Positions 17,233-33,350 of a stretch of DNA of 64,000 nt are shown here, one piece after another. Under the pieces are notes generated by a model that made no database searches, was not told where the DNA came from, and worked only from the letters and a program-made list of their open reading frames with translations. Numbering within the stretch: the stretch's first letter is position 1; every line of letters starts with the position of its first letter. Origin of the DNA: the human T2T-CHM13v2.0 reference genome, Homo sapiens; the NCBI RefSeq assembly GCF_009914755.1, contig NC_060943.1; one strand, written 5' to 3'. Made by a program: the position numbers and the translations under genes.

Positions 17233-17925
17233 AGTGTTGGAAGGAGGGTCTGTCTAAACTTAATGCCCTAAAGATATTGTCAGATATTGTGATGAGGGGA
17301 ATTTCATCTTCTACCCTTTATGAGGTTGAATTGTAAATTCGAAAATCCTGATTCTGGGTTTTTATTTTGAGGGGATAGTTTTCTGTTTTCTGTGGCATTG
17401 GATATTGGCATTTTCAGAAAAGAGCATGCATCCAAAATGAAAATGATGAAGCCTACCTGTCTTTTGAACTCAGCTCAGGGAAAAGCTGATGATCTCTAAT
17501 TTTTGTGATTCCTCCTTTCATTAAATTTAAGGTCCAGTGAGGGTGAAGTTTCCCTAAAGAGGCAATAATTTATCAGCAGCAACAGGATGAAATGGAGGGG
17601 CTTTTCTTCACACTCTATATATTATGTTAGGATCTCTCAGGAAACTGAGGACACATTAATTATAATCATGGAAGATTTTCTGCTTCCCACATGGTTTGCT
17701 GGGTTTGGCATAGTATAGCTCATGCCCTACATTGAAGAAATGTGGGCACCCATCAACAGCAGCCATTTCTGATTACACATCCCTGTTTCTTTAGCTGAGT
17801 GACTCCTAAAAGTCCCTTAATGTATTAATAATGCATTTGGACCTCAGTTTTCTTACTATGTTAAATGTAATAAAATTGAATATCATATGGTCACTTGCAG
17901 AATTAAATGGTATTAAGGCATGTAA

Positions 17926-19825
<1,900 letters not shown>

Positions 19826-19827
<2 letters not shown>

Positions 19828-22800
19828 TCCATGTAGTTGTGTGGTTTTTAGTGAGTTTCTTAATCCTGAGTTATAATTGGATTGCACTGTGGTCTGAGAG
19901 CTTGTTTGTTATGATTTCCGTTCTTTTGCATTTGCTGAGGAGTGTTTTACTTCGAATTATGTGGTCAATTTTAAAATAAGTGCTATGTGGTGATGATAAT
20001 ATTGATCTATCTAATATTAACAGGGGGGTGTTAAAGTCTCCCACTATTATTGTGTGGGAGTCTAAGCCTCTTTGTAGGTCTCTAAGAACTTGCTTTATGA
20101 ATCTGGATGCTCCTGTATTGGGTGCATATATATTTAAGATAGTTAGCTATTCTTGTTGCATTGATCCCTTTACCATTATGTAATGCCCTCTTTGTCTTTT
20201 TTGATCTTTGTTGGTTTAACATCTGTTTTATCAGAGACTAGGATTGCAACCCATCCTTTTTTTTGCTTTCCATTTGCTTGGCAAATATTCCTCCATCCCT
20301 TTATTTTGAGCCTATGTATGTCTTTGCACATGAGATAGGTCTCCTGAATATAGCACATCAATGGGTCTTGACTCTTTATCCAATTTGCCAGTCTGTATCT
20401 TTTAATTGGGGGCATTTAGCCCATTTACATTTAAGGTTAATGTTGTTACGTGTGAATTTGATCCCATCATCATGATGCTAGCTGGTTATTTTGCACATTA
20501 GTTGATGCAGTTTCTTCTGTGTCATTGGTCTTTATATTTTGGTGTGTTTTTGCAGTGGCTGGTACCGGCTTTTCCTTTCCATATTTAGTGCTTCCTCCAG
20601 GAGCTCTTGTAAGGTAGGCCTGGTGGTGACAAAATCCCTCAGCATTTGCTTGTCTGTAAAGGATTGTATTTTTTCTTCGCTTATGAAGCTTAGTTTGGCT
20701 GGATATGAAATTCAGGGTTGAAAATTCCTTAAGAACGTTGAATATTGGCCCCCACTGTCTTCTGGCTTGTAGGGTTTCTGGAGCAATCCACTATTAATCT
20801 GATGGGCTTCCCTTTGTGGGTAACCCGACCTTTCTCTCTGGCTGCCCTTAACATTTTTTTCCTTTGTTTCAACCTTGGAGAATCTGACGATTATGTGTCT
20901 TGGGGTTGCTCTTCTCGAGGAATATCTTTGTGGTATTCTCTGCATTTCCTGAATTTGAATGTTGGCCTGTCGTTCTAGGTTGGGGAAGTTCTCCTGGATA
21001 ATATCCCAAAGTGTGTTTTCCAACTTGATTCCATTCTCCCCGTCACTTTCAGGTATACCAATCAATCGTAGGTTTGGTCTTTTCACATAGTCCCATGTTT
21101 CTTGGAGCCTTTGTTCATTCCTTTTCATTCTTTTTTCTCTAATCTTGTCTTCACGCCTTATTTCAGTAAGTTGATCTTCAATCTCTGATGTCCTTTATTC
21201 TGCTTGATTGATTTGGCTATTGATACTTGTGTATGCTTCACGAAGTTCTCATGCTGTGTTTTTCAGCTCCATCAGGTCATTTATGTTCCTCTCTAAACTG
21301 GTTATTCTAGTTAGCAATTCCTGTAGCCTTTTATCAAGGTTCTTAGCTTCCTTGCATTGGGTTAGAACATGCTCCTTTAGCTCAGAGGAGTTTGTTATTA
21401 CCCACCTTCTGAAGCCTAGTTCTATCAATTCATCAATCTCATTCTCTGTCCAGTTTTGTGTCCTTGCTGAACAGGAGTTGCGATCATTTGGAGAAGAGAC
21501 ATTCTGTTTTTTGGATTTTTCAGCGTTGTTGTGCTGGTTTTTCCTCATCTTTGTGGATTTATCTACCTTTGATCTTTGAGGCTGTTGATCTTTGGATGGG
21601 GTTATTGTGTGGGGGTCTTTTTTGTTGATGTTGATGTTGTTGCTTTCTGTTAGTTTTTCTTCTAGCAGTCAGGCCCCTCTTCTGCAGGTCTGCTGCAGTT
21701 TGCTGGAGGTCCACTCCAGACCCTTTTCACCTGGGTATCCCCAGCGGAGGCTGCAGAGCTGCAGAACAGCAAAGAGTGCTGCCTGTTCCTTCCTCTGGAA
21801 GATTTGTCCCAGAGGGGCACCAGCCTGATGCCAGCCAGAGCTCTCCTGCATGAGGTGTCTCTCAACCCCTGTTGGGAGTTCTTTCCCAGTTAGAAGGCAC
21901 GGGGGTCAGGGACCCACTTGAGGAGGCAGCCTGTCCCTTAGCAGAGCTGTTGTGCTGTGCTGGGAAAATCCCTCTTATCAGGATCAGCTGCTCTCTTCAG
22001 AGCCAGCAGGCAGAAAAGATTAAATCTGCTGAAGCTGTGTGCCCACAGCCACCCCTTCCCCCAGGTGCTCTGTCCCAGGGAGATGGGAATTTTATCTGTA
22101 AGCCCCTGACTGGGACTGTTACCCTTTCTTCAGAGATGCCCTGACCAGTGAGGAGGAATCTAGAGAAGCAGTCTGGCCACAGCTGCTTTGCCATGCTGTG
22201 GTGAACTTTGCCCAGTCCAAACCTCCCACCCTCCTTAGCACTGTCCAGGGAAAACTCTACTAACGCCTCATTAATCACGGATGCGCCTCCCCCAACCAAG
22301 TTCCATCATTCCAGGTCAACTTCAGACTGCTGCACTGGCAGTGAGAATTTCAAGCCAGTGGTTCTTAGCTTGCTGGGCTCCATGGGAGTGGGACCTGCTG
22401 AGTGAGATCACTTGGCCCCCTGGCTTCAGCCCCCTTTCCAGGGGAGTGAATGGTTCTGTCTCACTGGGGTTTCAGGCACCACTGGTGTACAAAAAAAAAT
22501 CAACTCTTGCAACTAGCTCGGTGTCTCCCCGAACAGCTGGCTAGTTTTGTGCTTGAAACCCAGGGCCCTGGTGGTGTAGGCACACAAGGGAATCTCCTGA
22601 TCTGCAGATTGCAAAAACTGTGGGAAAAGCGTAGTAACCGGGCGAGTAGCATAGTTCTTCACGGCTTCCCTTGGCTGGGGGAGGGAGGTCCCTGGCTCCT
22701 TGCATTTCCCAGGTGAGGCAATGCCCCACCCTGCTTCTGCTCGCCCTCCATGGGTTGCACCCACTGCCTAACTAGTCCCGATGTGATGAACTGGGTACCT

Positions 22801-22895
22801 CAGTTGGAAATGCAGAAATCGCCCACCTTCTGCATTGGTCTCGCTGGGAGCTGCAGAGCGGAGCTGTTCCTATTTGGCCATCTTGGCCCCGCCCC
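19826..22895 (-). mobile_element. Older L1PA element: 5'UTR, decayed ORF1 and start of ORF2 endonuclease; 3' part missing
   Basis: 5' end GGCCAAGATGGCCAAATAGGAACAGCTC; ORF1 peptides (WDYVKRPNLRLIG, FRRWVITN) and EN peptides (IKRYRLANWIKSQDP) with frameshifts. Confidence 0.95.
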
Positions 22896-23340
22896 TTTTT
22901 TAATTTTAAAAAATTTTATGTAGCGATGAGGTCTCCCTATTTTGCCATGCTGGTTTTGAACTCCTGGGCTCAAGTGATCCTTCCACTTGGCCTCCCAGAG
23001 TGCTAAGATTACAGGCGTGAGCCACCATGCCCAACCAAATTTGTATTTTCTCGATGAGCAGTGATGCTGAGCACCTGTTCATATCTCTGTTGGCCATTTG
23101 TATATTCTTTCTCGCCTAACAGCTCCCTTGAAAATGCGTGTGCCTCAGTCTATGTCTTCTGGAGAACTGGCACAGCTTCAGAATATTAGCACCCCAAAAG
23201 AGTATTTTACTTAGAGCATAAGAAGACTAAAAATAAATCATTATTATATGTGGATGAGGTTTTTCATAAAATATAACTGTTAATATATTCTTGGTTAAAA
23301 TGCATGTGTGCTTTTCTTCTTTAGGTTACATAAAGAAAGG

Positions 23341-26079
23341 ATGATATCTCTAAAGGTATGTGGATTCATCCAAATTTGGAGCCAGAAGACTGGGATGACT
23401 AAGCTGAAAGAAGCTCTCATTGAAACAGTGCAAAGACAAAAGGAAATTAAACTGGTGGTCACTTTCAAATCTGGAAAATTTATAAGAATTTTTCAGCTGA
23501 GCAACAACATTAGAAGTGTGGTCCTTAGACATTGTAAAAAAAGACAAAGTCACCTGCGTTTAACTTTGAAAAACAACGTGTTCTTGTTTATTGACAAATT
23601 ATCCTACAGAGATGCTAAACAGTTGAATATGTTCCTGGACATAATCCACCAAAACAAATCTCAGCAACCCATGAAATCTGATGATGATTGGAGTGTGTTT
23701 GAAAGCAGGAATATGCTGAAGGAAATTGACAAAACTTCATTTTACAGCATTTGTAACAAGCCAAGTTATCAGAAGATGCCTTTGTTTATGTCAAAATCAC
23801 CAACACATGTGAAAAAGGGGATATTAGAAAATCAAGGTGGGAAGGGGCAAAACACACTATCATCTGATGTACAGACAAATGAGGACATTCTGAAGGAAGA
23901 TAACCCTGTACCAAACAAGAAATATAAGACAGATTCCTTGAAATATATACAAAGCAATAGGAAGAACCCATCAAGTTTAGAGGATTTAGAAAAAGATAGA
24001 GATTTGAAACTCGGGCCTTCATTCAATACCAACTGTAATGGAAATCCTAACCTAGATGAGACTGTTCTTGCAACCCAGACTCTCAATGCCAAAAATGGTT
24101 TGACATCTCCATTGGAACCAGAGCACAGCCAGGGTGACCCAAGATGCAACAAAGCCCAGGTGCCTCTTGACTCTCATTCACAGCAACTGCAGCAGGGGTT
24201 CCCCAATTTGGGAAACACCTGTTACATGAATGCAGTTTTACAATCGCTATTTGCAATTCCATCTTTTGCTGATGACTTACTCACTCAAGGTGTCCCATGG
24301 GAATATATTCCCTTTGAGGCTCTTATTATGACCTTGACCCAGCTGCTTGCTTTGAAAGATTTCTGTAGTACAAAGATCAAGAGAGAATTACTTGGGAATG
24401 TTAAAAAAGTCATTTCAGCAGTTGCAGAAATATTTTCTGGCAACATGCAGAATGATGCTCATGAGTTTTTAGGTCAGTGTTTAGACCAGCTGAAAGAAGA
24501 CATGGAAAAATTAAATGCCACTTTGAATACTGGGAAAGAATGTGGGGATGAAAATTCATCTCCACAAATGCATGTTGGTAGTGCTGCCACCAAAGTGTTT
24601 GTTTGCCCTGTTGTTGCTAATTTTGAGTTTGAATTGCAGCTCTCCCTTATTTGTAAAGCTTGTGGTCATGCTGTTCTCAAGGTAGAACCTAATAATTATC
24701 TCTCCATCAACCTGCACCAAGAAACAAAACCACTTCCTTTGTCCATTCAGAATTCTTTAGATCTTTTCTTTAAAGAAGAAGAGCTTGAATATAACTGTCA
24801 GATGTGTAAGCAGAAGAGTTGTGTTGCAAGGCATACATTTAGTAGGCTCTCCAGGGTCCTTATCATTCATCTGAAACGCTATAGCTTCAACAATGCTTGG
24901 TTGCTGGTGAAGAATAACGAGCAAGTTTATATTCCCAAATCTTTAAGTTTATCTTCTTATTGCAATGAAAGCACCAAACCACCTCTTCCCTTGAGCAGTA
25001 GTGCACCTGTTGGGAAATGTGAAGTCCTGGAAGTCTCTCAGGAGATGATTTCTGAGATCAACAGCCCATTGACACCATCAATGAAGCTGACCTCAGAATC
25101 CAGTGATTCCCTGGTTCTACCCGTTGAACCAGACAAGAATGCCGACCTACAAAGATTCCAGAGAGACTGTGGAGATGCAAGCCAAGAGCAGCATCAGAGA
25201 GACCTGGAAAATGGCTCTGCACTAGAGTCAGAATTGGTCCACTTTAGAGATAGGGCAATCGGTGAAAAGGAGCTTCCAGTGGCTGACTCACTGATGGACC
25301 AGGGAGACATTTCTCTTCCTGTGATGTATGAAGATGGAGGGAAGCTGATCAGCAGCCCAGACACAAGGCTTGTCGAGGTTCATCTTCAAGAGGTGCCTCA
25401 ACATCCAGAACTTCAGAAGTATGAGAAAACCAATACATTCGTAGAGTTCAATTTTGACAGTGTCACTGAGTCCACCAATGGCTTTTATGACTGTAAAGAA
25501 AACAGGATTCCAGAAGGATCTCAAGGAATGGCTGAACAGCTCCAGCAGTGTATTGAGGAGAGCATCATAGATGAATTTCTTCAGCAGGCACCACCTCCAG
25601 GTGTTAGGAAGCTGGATGCCCAGGAACATACAGAAGAGACCCTCAATCAGTCTACAGAATTAAGACTTCAAAAGGCTGACCTGAATCACCTTGGGGCACT
25701 GGGTTCTGACAACCCAGGAAACAAAAACATTTTAGATGCAGAGAACACAAGAGGTGAAGCCAAGGAACTAACAAGAAACGTGAAGATGGGGGATCCTCTC
25801 CAGGCCTACAGACTCATCAGTGTTGTCAGCCATATCGGGAGCTCCCCAAATTCAGGCCATTACATCAGCGATGTGTATGACTTTCAGAAGCAGGCCTGGT
25901 TCACATACAACGATCTATGTGTATCAGAAATCTCAGAGACCAAAATGCAGGAGGCGAGGCTTCACTCTGGGTATATCTTCTTTTACATGCACAATGGGAT
26001 TTTTGAGGAGCTGTTAAGAAAAGCAGAGAACTCTCGGCTACCTAGCACACAGGCAGGGGTGATCCCTCAGGGGGAATAA
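23341..26079 (+). CDS. USP29: Ubiquitin-specific protease 29, single coding exon, 912 aa in this haplotype
   Basis: Acceptor TTTAG|G at 23325 then ATG 23341 (MISLKVCG); Cys box GFPNLGNTCYMN, QNDAHEF, CKAC/CQMC, His box GHYISDV and WFTYND; USP26/29/37-type N-terminal domain. Confidence 0.97.
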   Translation: MISLKVCGFIQIWSQKTGMTKLKEALIETVQRQKEIKLVVTFKSGKFIRIFQLSNNIRSVVLRHCKKRQSHLRLTLKNNVFLFIDKLSYRDAKQLNMFLDIIHQNKSQQPMKSDDDWSVFESRNMLKEIDKTSFYSICNKPSYQKMPLFMSKSPTHVKKGILENQGGKGQNTLSSDVQTNEDILKEDNPVPNKKYKTDSLKYIQSNRKNPSSLEDLEKDRDLKLGPSFNTNCNGNPNLDETVLATQTLNAKNGLTSPLEPEHSQGDPRCNKAQVPLDSHSQQLQQGFPNLGNTCYMNAVLQSLFAIPSFADDLLTQGVPWEYIPFEALIMTLTQLLALKDFCSTKIKRELLGNVKKVISAVAEIFSGNMQNDAHEFLGQCLDQLKEDMEKLNATLNTGKECGDENSSPQMHVGSAATKVFVCPVVANFEFELQLSLICKACGHAVLKVEPNNYLSINLHQETKPLPLSIQNSLDLFFKEEELEYNCQMCKQKSCVARHTFSRLSRVLIIHLKRYSFNNAWLLVKNNEQVYIPKSLSLSSYCNESTKPPLPLSSSAPVGKCEVLEVSQEMISEINSPLTPSMKLTSESSDSLVLPVEPDKNADLQRFQRDCGDASQEQHQRDLENGSALESELVHFRDRAIGEKELPVADSLMDQGDISLPVMYEDGGKLISSPDTRLVEVHLQEVPQHPELQKYEKTNTFVEFNFDSVTESTNGFYDCKENRIPEGSQGMAEQLQQCIEESIIDEFLQQAPPPGVRKLDAQEHTEETLNQSTELRLQKADLNHLGALGSDNPGNKNILDAENTRGEAKELTRNVKMGDPLQAYRLISVVSHIGSSPNSGHYISDVYDFQKQAWFTYNDLCVSEISETKMQEARLHSGYIFFYMHNGIFEELLRKAENSRLPSTQAGVIPQGE

Positions 26080-26126
26080 GAAGGTGACTCTTTGTACAGA
26101 CCTGCTTGACAGACTCACTCGGCCTC

Positions 26127-26186
26127 ACTTCATCCTTGCAAAGAGAATCCTGTACTTCATCCTTGCAAAGAGAATCCTGTACTTCA
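26127..26186 (+). repeat. Perfect 27-bp tandem duplication in USP29 3'UTR
   Basis: ACTTCATCCTTGCAAAGAGAATCCTGT x2 plus ACTTCA. Confidence 0.97.
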
Positions 26187-26344
26187 CTCAGAATGAAGGA
26201 ACAAGTATCTCAGGATGAAATCTCAATGAAAAACACTTATTTTGGGGGAATATCTATTTTAACTGCTTCAGACACCTAGATCCCAGAACTCAGGCGCATA
26301 TGCATATTTTCCCTGCAAGATTAGAATGGTGCTCTTCACGTTTT

Positions 26345-26513
26345 GACGGTGGTTTTCAAAATGTTGTTCTTCAACCAGCAACAGCAACAGCTAGGGACTG
26401 ATTAGAAATGCAAATTCTTGGGTCACTCTCTAGACCAACTGATGCAGAAACAGGAGGTGTGAGCCAGCAATCAGATGGAGATTCTAGTGCTCATGAAAGT
26501 TTGAAGAACACTG
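26345..26513 (+). mobile_element. MER5A-like DNA transposon in USP29 3'UTR
   Basis: GTGGTTTTCAAA...TTAGAAATGCAAATTCTTGGG...AAAGTTTGAAGAACACTG. Confidence 0.75.
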
Positions 26514-26585
26514 GTAATGTGTGGAGTATCTTGGTGTATTTTGCTACTGTTGATATGGATTGCTTATGTTATATAAACGATTTTC

Positions 26586-26591
26586 ATTAAA
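26586..26591 (+). terminator. USP29: Candidate USP29 polyadenylation signal
   Basis: ATTAAA followed by a T-rich downstream tract. Confidence 0.6.
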
Positions 26592-27143
26592 TTTTTTGCA
26601 CTCTTTTATTTTGTCCCACTGAACCTAAGACTAGATAGAGTCACCCCAAAAGTGGCAGCAGGGAAATTCCAACAAGAGAGTGCCCAAAACCATTCTGAGA
26701 TCGGGCCGGTTGGGATTCCAAAGAAAGAAGCACCAAACACCAGAGGGATCTTTCCGGAGCATTTATTAGGGGGAACTTAGAGAGTTCTGCAGCATACCCT
26801 CAGGCGGACAGTGAGAGAAAAAAGCATGGTCAACCAGCTGGGCACCGTGGCTCATGCCTGTCATCCCAGCACTTTGGGAGGCCAAGGTGGGAGGACTGCT
26901 TGAGCAGACCAGTTCAAAACCAGCCTGGGAAATATAGCAAGACCCTGTCTCTACAAAAAATAATTCAGCAGCCAGGCACGGTGGCTCACATCTGTAATCC
27001 CAGCACTTGGGAGGCCAAGGCGGGCGGATCACCTGAGGTCGGGAGTTTGAGACCAGCCTGAACAACATGGTGAAACTCCGTCTCTACTAAAAATAGAAAA
27101 TTAGCTGGGTGTGGTGGCAGGCACCTGCAGTCCCAGCTACTCA

Positions 27144-27281
<138 letters not shown>

Positions 27282-28358
27282 TCAGCTGCTCAGGAAGCCG
27301 ATGTGGGAGGATCACTTGAGTCTGGGAGTTCAAGGCTGCAGTGAGCTATGATCACACTACTGCACTCCAGCCTGGGTGAAAGACCCTGTCTCAAAAAAAA
27401 AAAAAAAAAAAAGGCGGGAGGGGGGATGGTCTACCTTGGTGTGTCTGCTGCAGTGAGAGGGTCAGGGTATGGGGTTATATAAGTTTATAAGGAATTTGGT
27501 CAAGGGTGGGGACTAGTTTCTTTTAGTGTTTTGGGCAACAACCTAAACCTAAATACCTCTATCAGTGCCTGGGAATGTTTCAGGCTCTACTTTGGATTCA
27601 AGCCTTCTGGGAAAAGCCTGCAGCTTGGCTGGTCAGAGTGGTCAAAGCAGTCCATGATTTTCAGTCACGACACAGAAAGAAAGCAGGGGGTGAGTACTTT
27701 TCCTTTGTAAAGTTATTAAAATAATAACCCAACCCATACATATACCATTGGCTAGCTTCCACATGTGTTTATGACTGGTGACTAGTAAAATTTGCTATGC
27801 AGCAATCAACTGTTATTTACCATTTTCCAGGAATTTCAGGGCATAACATTAGGGTTATATGCAAAATGCAGTATACTAAATATCCGTGTGATTTTGTGAA
27901 TTCAAAAGCACTGCAAGATGTTGCTCATGTTATTAATATGAATAAGACGATAAACCCATCCTCATAAATGTACAACATTTCCTGGTGGCCAAGCCTTAAA
28001 CAGCTTATAATGTACCCAGTATCAGTGGGTGATGTGTTAGACTGTGAATTCAGCAAGGAGTAAAGAACGATTTTTTTAAATGGCCATGTGAGTAGACAAA
28101 TGGAAATTGAGAGGATTTTTTGGGTAAAAAGAGATAAGAGCCTGGTATTATATAAGGAATGGGGCAAAATTAGGCAGAGTAGGTGTGGGAAAGAAGAGAA
28201 GAGCAACCAGAAACATACGTACGAGGTTTTTAAAAATACATTATTTTTAGCATTTAAGAGGAAAAGAAGGAAAGTACTATGAAAAAAGAAATGTAGGCCG
28301 GTCACAGCGGCTCACGCCTGTAATCCCAGCACTTTAGGAGGCCAAGGCAGGCGGATCA

Positions 28359-28753
<395 letters not shown>

Positions 28754-28963
28754 TCAAAAGGAAAAACAAAAAAGGCAAATGGCAATTGCAGTGAAGAAAT
28801 GCCAAGATACCTTCATGCTCAGGAGAGAAAGCTGTACTTCCTGGATGTGGTTTCCAGTCCCCTACACCTCTAGAGAAACCTCTCCACTCATGAATTATAG
28901 AAATCATCCCTAAAAGTATAAAGTGCTGTCTTATTTGTTTATTTTATTTTATCTTATTTTTGA

Positions 28964-29227
<264 letters not shown>

Positions 29228-29339
29228 TGAGCCACCACGCCTGGCCAAAAGTATAGTCTTTTAAACGTTTTTAAAGATATGGATACCACTGGTCATTATT
29301 CACTGGAATAAAACTCCATCAGGGTTTTAGCACATTTGG

Positions 29340-29345
29340 TTTATT
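29340..29345 (-). terminator. ZIM3: Candidate ZIM3 polyadenylation signal
   Basis: AATAAA on the minus strand about 240 nt after the stop codon. Confidence 0.45.
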
Positions 29346-29582
29346 GCTACATCTTCAGTGTTTAAGAGTTCCTGGTACACAAAAGGCATCTAATAAATAT
29401 TTATACTTAATAAACATTTGCTGAGTGAGTATGCCGAATGGGTTTTCAAAGGATACTGTGATAATAAGTCCTCGCTACCTTCAAAAATAGCCTCCAAATT
29501 AGAGGCCATTTCAACATGGAATTCTGGGGTGACAATTCCAGGCAACCATATCTTCCCATGTTTTTTTAAGTGCATGGGGCTC

Positions 29583-30760
29583 CTATCTGGAGTGAATTCT
29601 TTTCTGGTGCCTAACAAGGTATGACCTGTCAGCGAAGGCTTTACCGCATTCAGAACATCCATAAGGTTTTTGTCCAGTATGGGTTTTTTTATGCAAACTA
29701 AGGTTTAATTTCCGGATGAAGGTTTTTCCACATTCACTACATCTATAGGTCCTCTCTCCGCTATGAGTTTTCTGATGGCTATGAAGGTTTGACTTCTGAA
29801 AGAAGGCTTTTCCACATCTGTTACATTCATAGGGCTTTTCCCCAGTATGGATTTTTTTATGTTGAATGAGGTTTTTCTTCTGGATAAAGGTATTTCCACA
29901 TAGATCACACTCATAAGCTCTCTTCCCAGTGTGAATTTTCTCATGATCGATGACATTGGATTTCTGGGAAAAGGCCTTCTCACATATGCTACATTTATAG
30001 GGTTTCTCTCCCGTGTGTATTCTCTGGTGTTTCACAAGATCTGACTTGTAAATGAAAGCCTTTCCACAGTCCGTACATTGAAAGGGTTTTTGTCCAGTGT
30101 GAACTTTTTTATGTTGAATGAGGGTTGAGTTCTGCCTGAAGGATTTCTCACATTCATTACACTGATAGGATTTCTTGGCATTATGAATTTTCTCATGATT
30201 AATGCAGGATGATTTCCAGGAAAAGGCTTTTCCACATGTCTTACACTGATAGGGTTTCTCTTTAGTATGCATTTTCTGATGTTGAAAGAGATTTGACTTC
30301 TGCTTGTAGGCATTTCCACAGTTCTCACATTTATAGGGCCTTTCCTCTGCGTGAGTTTTCTGATGTTTATCAAGCTTCCACTTCTCCCCGAATGCTCTTC
30401 CACAGCTATGACATTCAAAGGGTTTTTGACAGGCATGCCTCCTCAGGTGACTTTGAAGGCGTGACTTTGAACTGAATAACTTTCTACAGGCATTACATTT
30501 CAGTTGTTGTCCTACAAATTTGGATGGATTATTGCCAACTAATTTTCTGTATCCATTATCATCGTGAGAATTATTTTGTACATAGTGTTGCAAGGAAGAT
30601 ACATCATCTATGCCCAGTGGAAGTATTTTCTTAGATCCGTCACATTCTACACCTTTCTGCGTAGTCAGCGTTTCCTTATTGATTGATGGGACTTCTCTTG
30701 CGAGACTCTCTTTCACATCCTTTGGCTTCCAAATCTGCCCTCCAATGTCCCCATTTTTTT
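29583..30760 (-). CDS. ZIM3: ZIM3 last coding exon: spacer plus 11 C2H2 zinc fingers
   Basis: Acceptor TTTTAG before 30760; 11 fingers with TGEKPY-type linkers; stop TAG; exons 15+127+99+1178 = 1419 nt = 472 aa + stop. Confidence 0.96.
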
Positions 30761-31126
30761 CTAAAATGGAATACAAAAAAATGTCCTGTGTAAAACGTTC
30801 CACTCACATGCTTGAAATAAAATGCCATAAACAATCTATTGTGGTGATTATTCTGGCTTCAAACCTAATGTCTACGAGAAACCAAAGTTAATATAAGCTC
30901 TGTTAGAGTTCTATGTGAGCTAATGTTACATGAAGCTATCACATATCTGTCTGTAAAGGACTGAGCAACGTAGACCTAGTGCACAGGGAGCAGGTGAGAG
31001 CCTAGGGATACCAGGGAGAGGGAGATTAAGAAAGAGAGTTTGCCAGGCCAGGCACAGGGGCTCACACCTGTAATCCTAGCACTTTGGGAGGCTGAGGCGG
31101 GTGGATTGCCTGAGGTCGGGGGTTCA

Positions 31127-31636
<510 letters not shown>

Positions 31637-32046
31637 CTGTGATGGAAGATACCGCAAGGCTTGGTGTTTGTGGATGTGTGAGTTGTTTGTGCAAGTGTAT
31701 GAGTGTATATAAGCGCTTGCGTATGCTTGTGTGAATATTTGTGTGTGAGTGTGAGCATTTATATGTCAGTGTGTGGGTATGTGCCATTGGTTGGGGGGAG
31801 TTGTGTGGATGGATGGTTTGAGGGAATGCACCTGAGCAGTCGAACTAAACAAAGAATGCTTTTTCTGGGCTGGGTGTGGCGGCTCATGCCTGTAATCCCA
31901 GCACTTTGGGAGGCCGAGATAGGAGAATTGCTAGAGCACAGGAATTTGAGACCAACATGTTACATGTAACATGAAGATAGCAAGACCCAGTCTCTACAAA
32001 ACCAAAGCCACGTGTGGTGGTGCACGTCTGTGGTCCCAGCTATTCA

Positions 32047-32400
<354 letters not shown>

Positions 32401-32454
32401 CTATGATTGCACCACTGCACTCCAGCCTCGGTGACACAGCCAGACCCTGTTAGG

Positions 32455-32825
32455 AGAAAGGAGATAAAGAAAGAGAGAGGAATGGAGAGAGGGAGGGAGG
32501 GAGAAAGGAAGGAAGGAAGGAAGGAAGGAAGGAAAGAAGGAAGGAAGGAAGGAAAGAAGGAAGGAAAGAAGGAAGGAAGGAAGGAAAGAAGGAAGGAAGG
32601 AAGGAAGGAAGGAAAGAAGGAAGGAAGGAAGGAAAGAAGGAAGGAAAGAAGGAAGGAAGGAAGGAAAGAAGGAAGGAAGGAAGGAAAGAAGGAAGGAAAG
32701 AAGGAAGGAAGGAAGGAAAGAAGGAAGGAAGGAAGGAAGGAAAGAAGGGAGGTAGGAAGGGAGGAAGGGAAGGAGGCAGGGAGGGAGGGAGGGAGGGAGG
32801 GAGGGAAGGAAGGGAAAGAAAGAAA
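32455..32825. repeat. Polypurine (GGAA/GAAA/GGGA)n tract
   Basis: About 370 bp of almost pure purine strand grown from an Alu tail. Confidence 0.97.
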
Positions 32826-32924
32826 TGCTTTTTCTTCTTGGAGGATAAAGCTTTTCCAAAAATCAAGACCAGGAGTAGGGTGAAGGGCAGGGCACCCAGC
32901 CCACAAAACTTACAGAGGCCCTCA

Positions 32925-33350
<426 letters not shown>

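Noticed and set aside
23308-23340. N-terminal extension of USP29 in the ORF track (923 aa)
   Set aside because: Starts at a GTG inside the intron polypyrimidine tract; acceptor is at 23325 and first ATG at 23341
30761-30803. N-terminus of the 406-aa zinc-finger ORF
   Set aside because: Intronic, upstream of the ZIM3 last-exon acceptor
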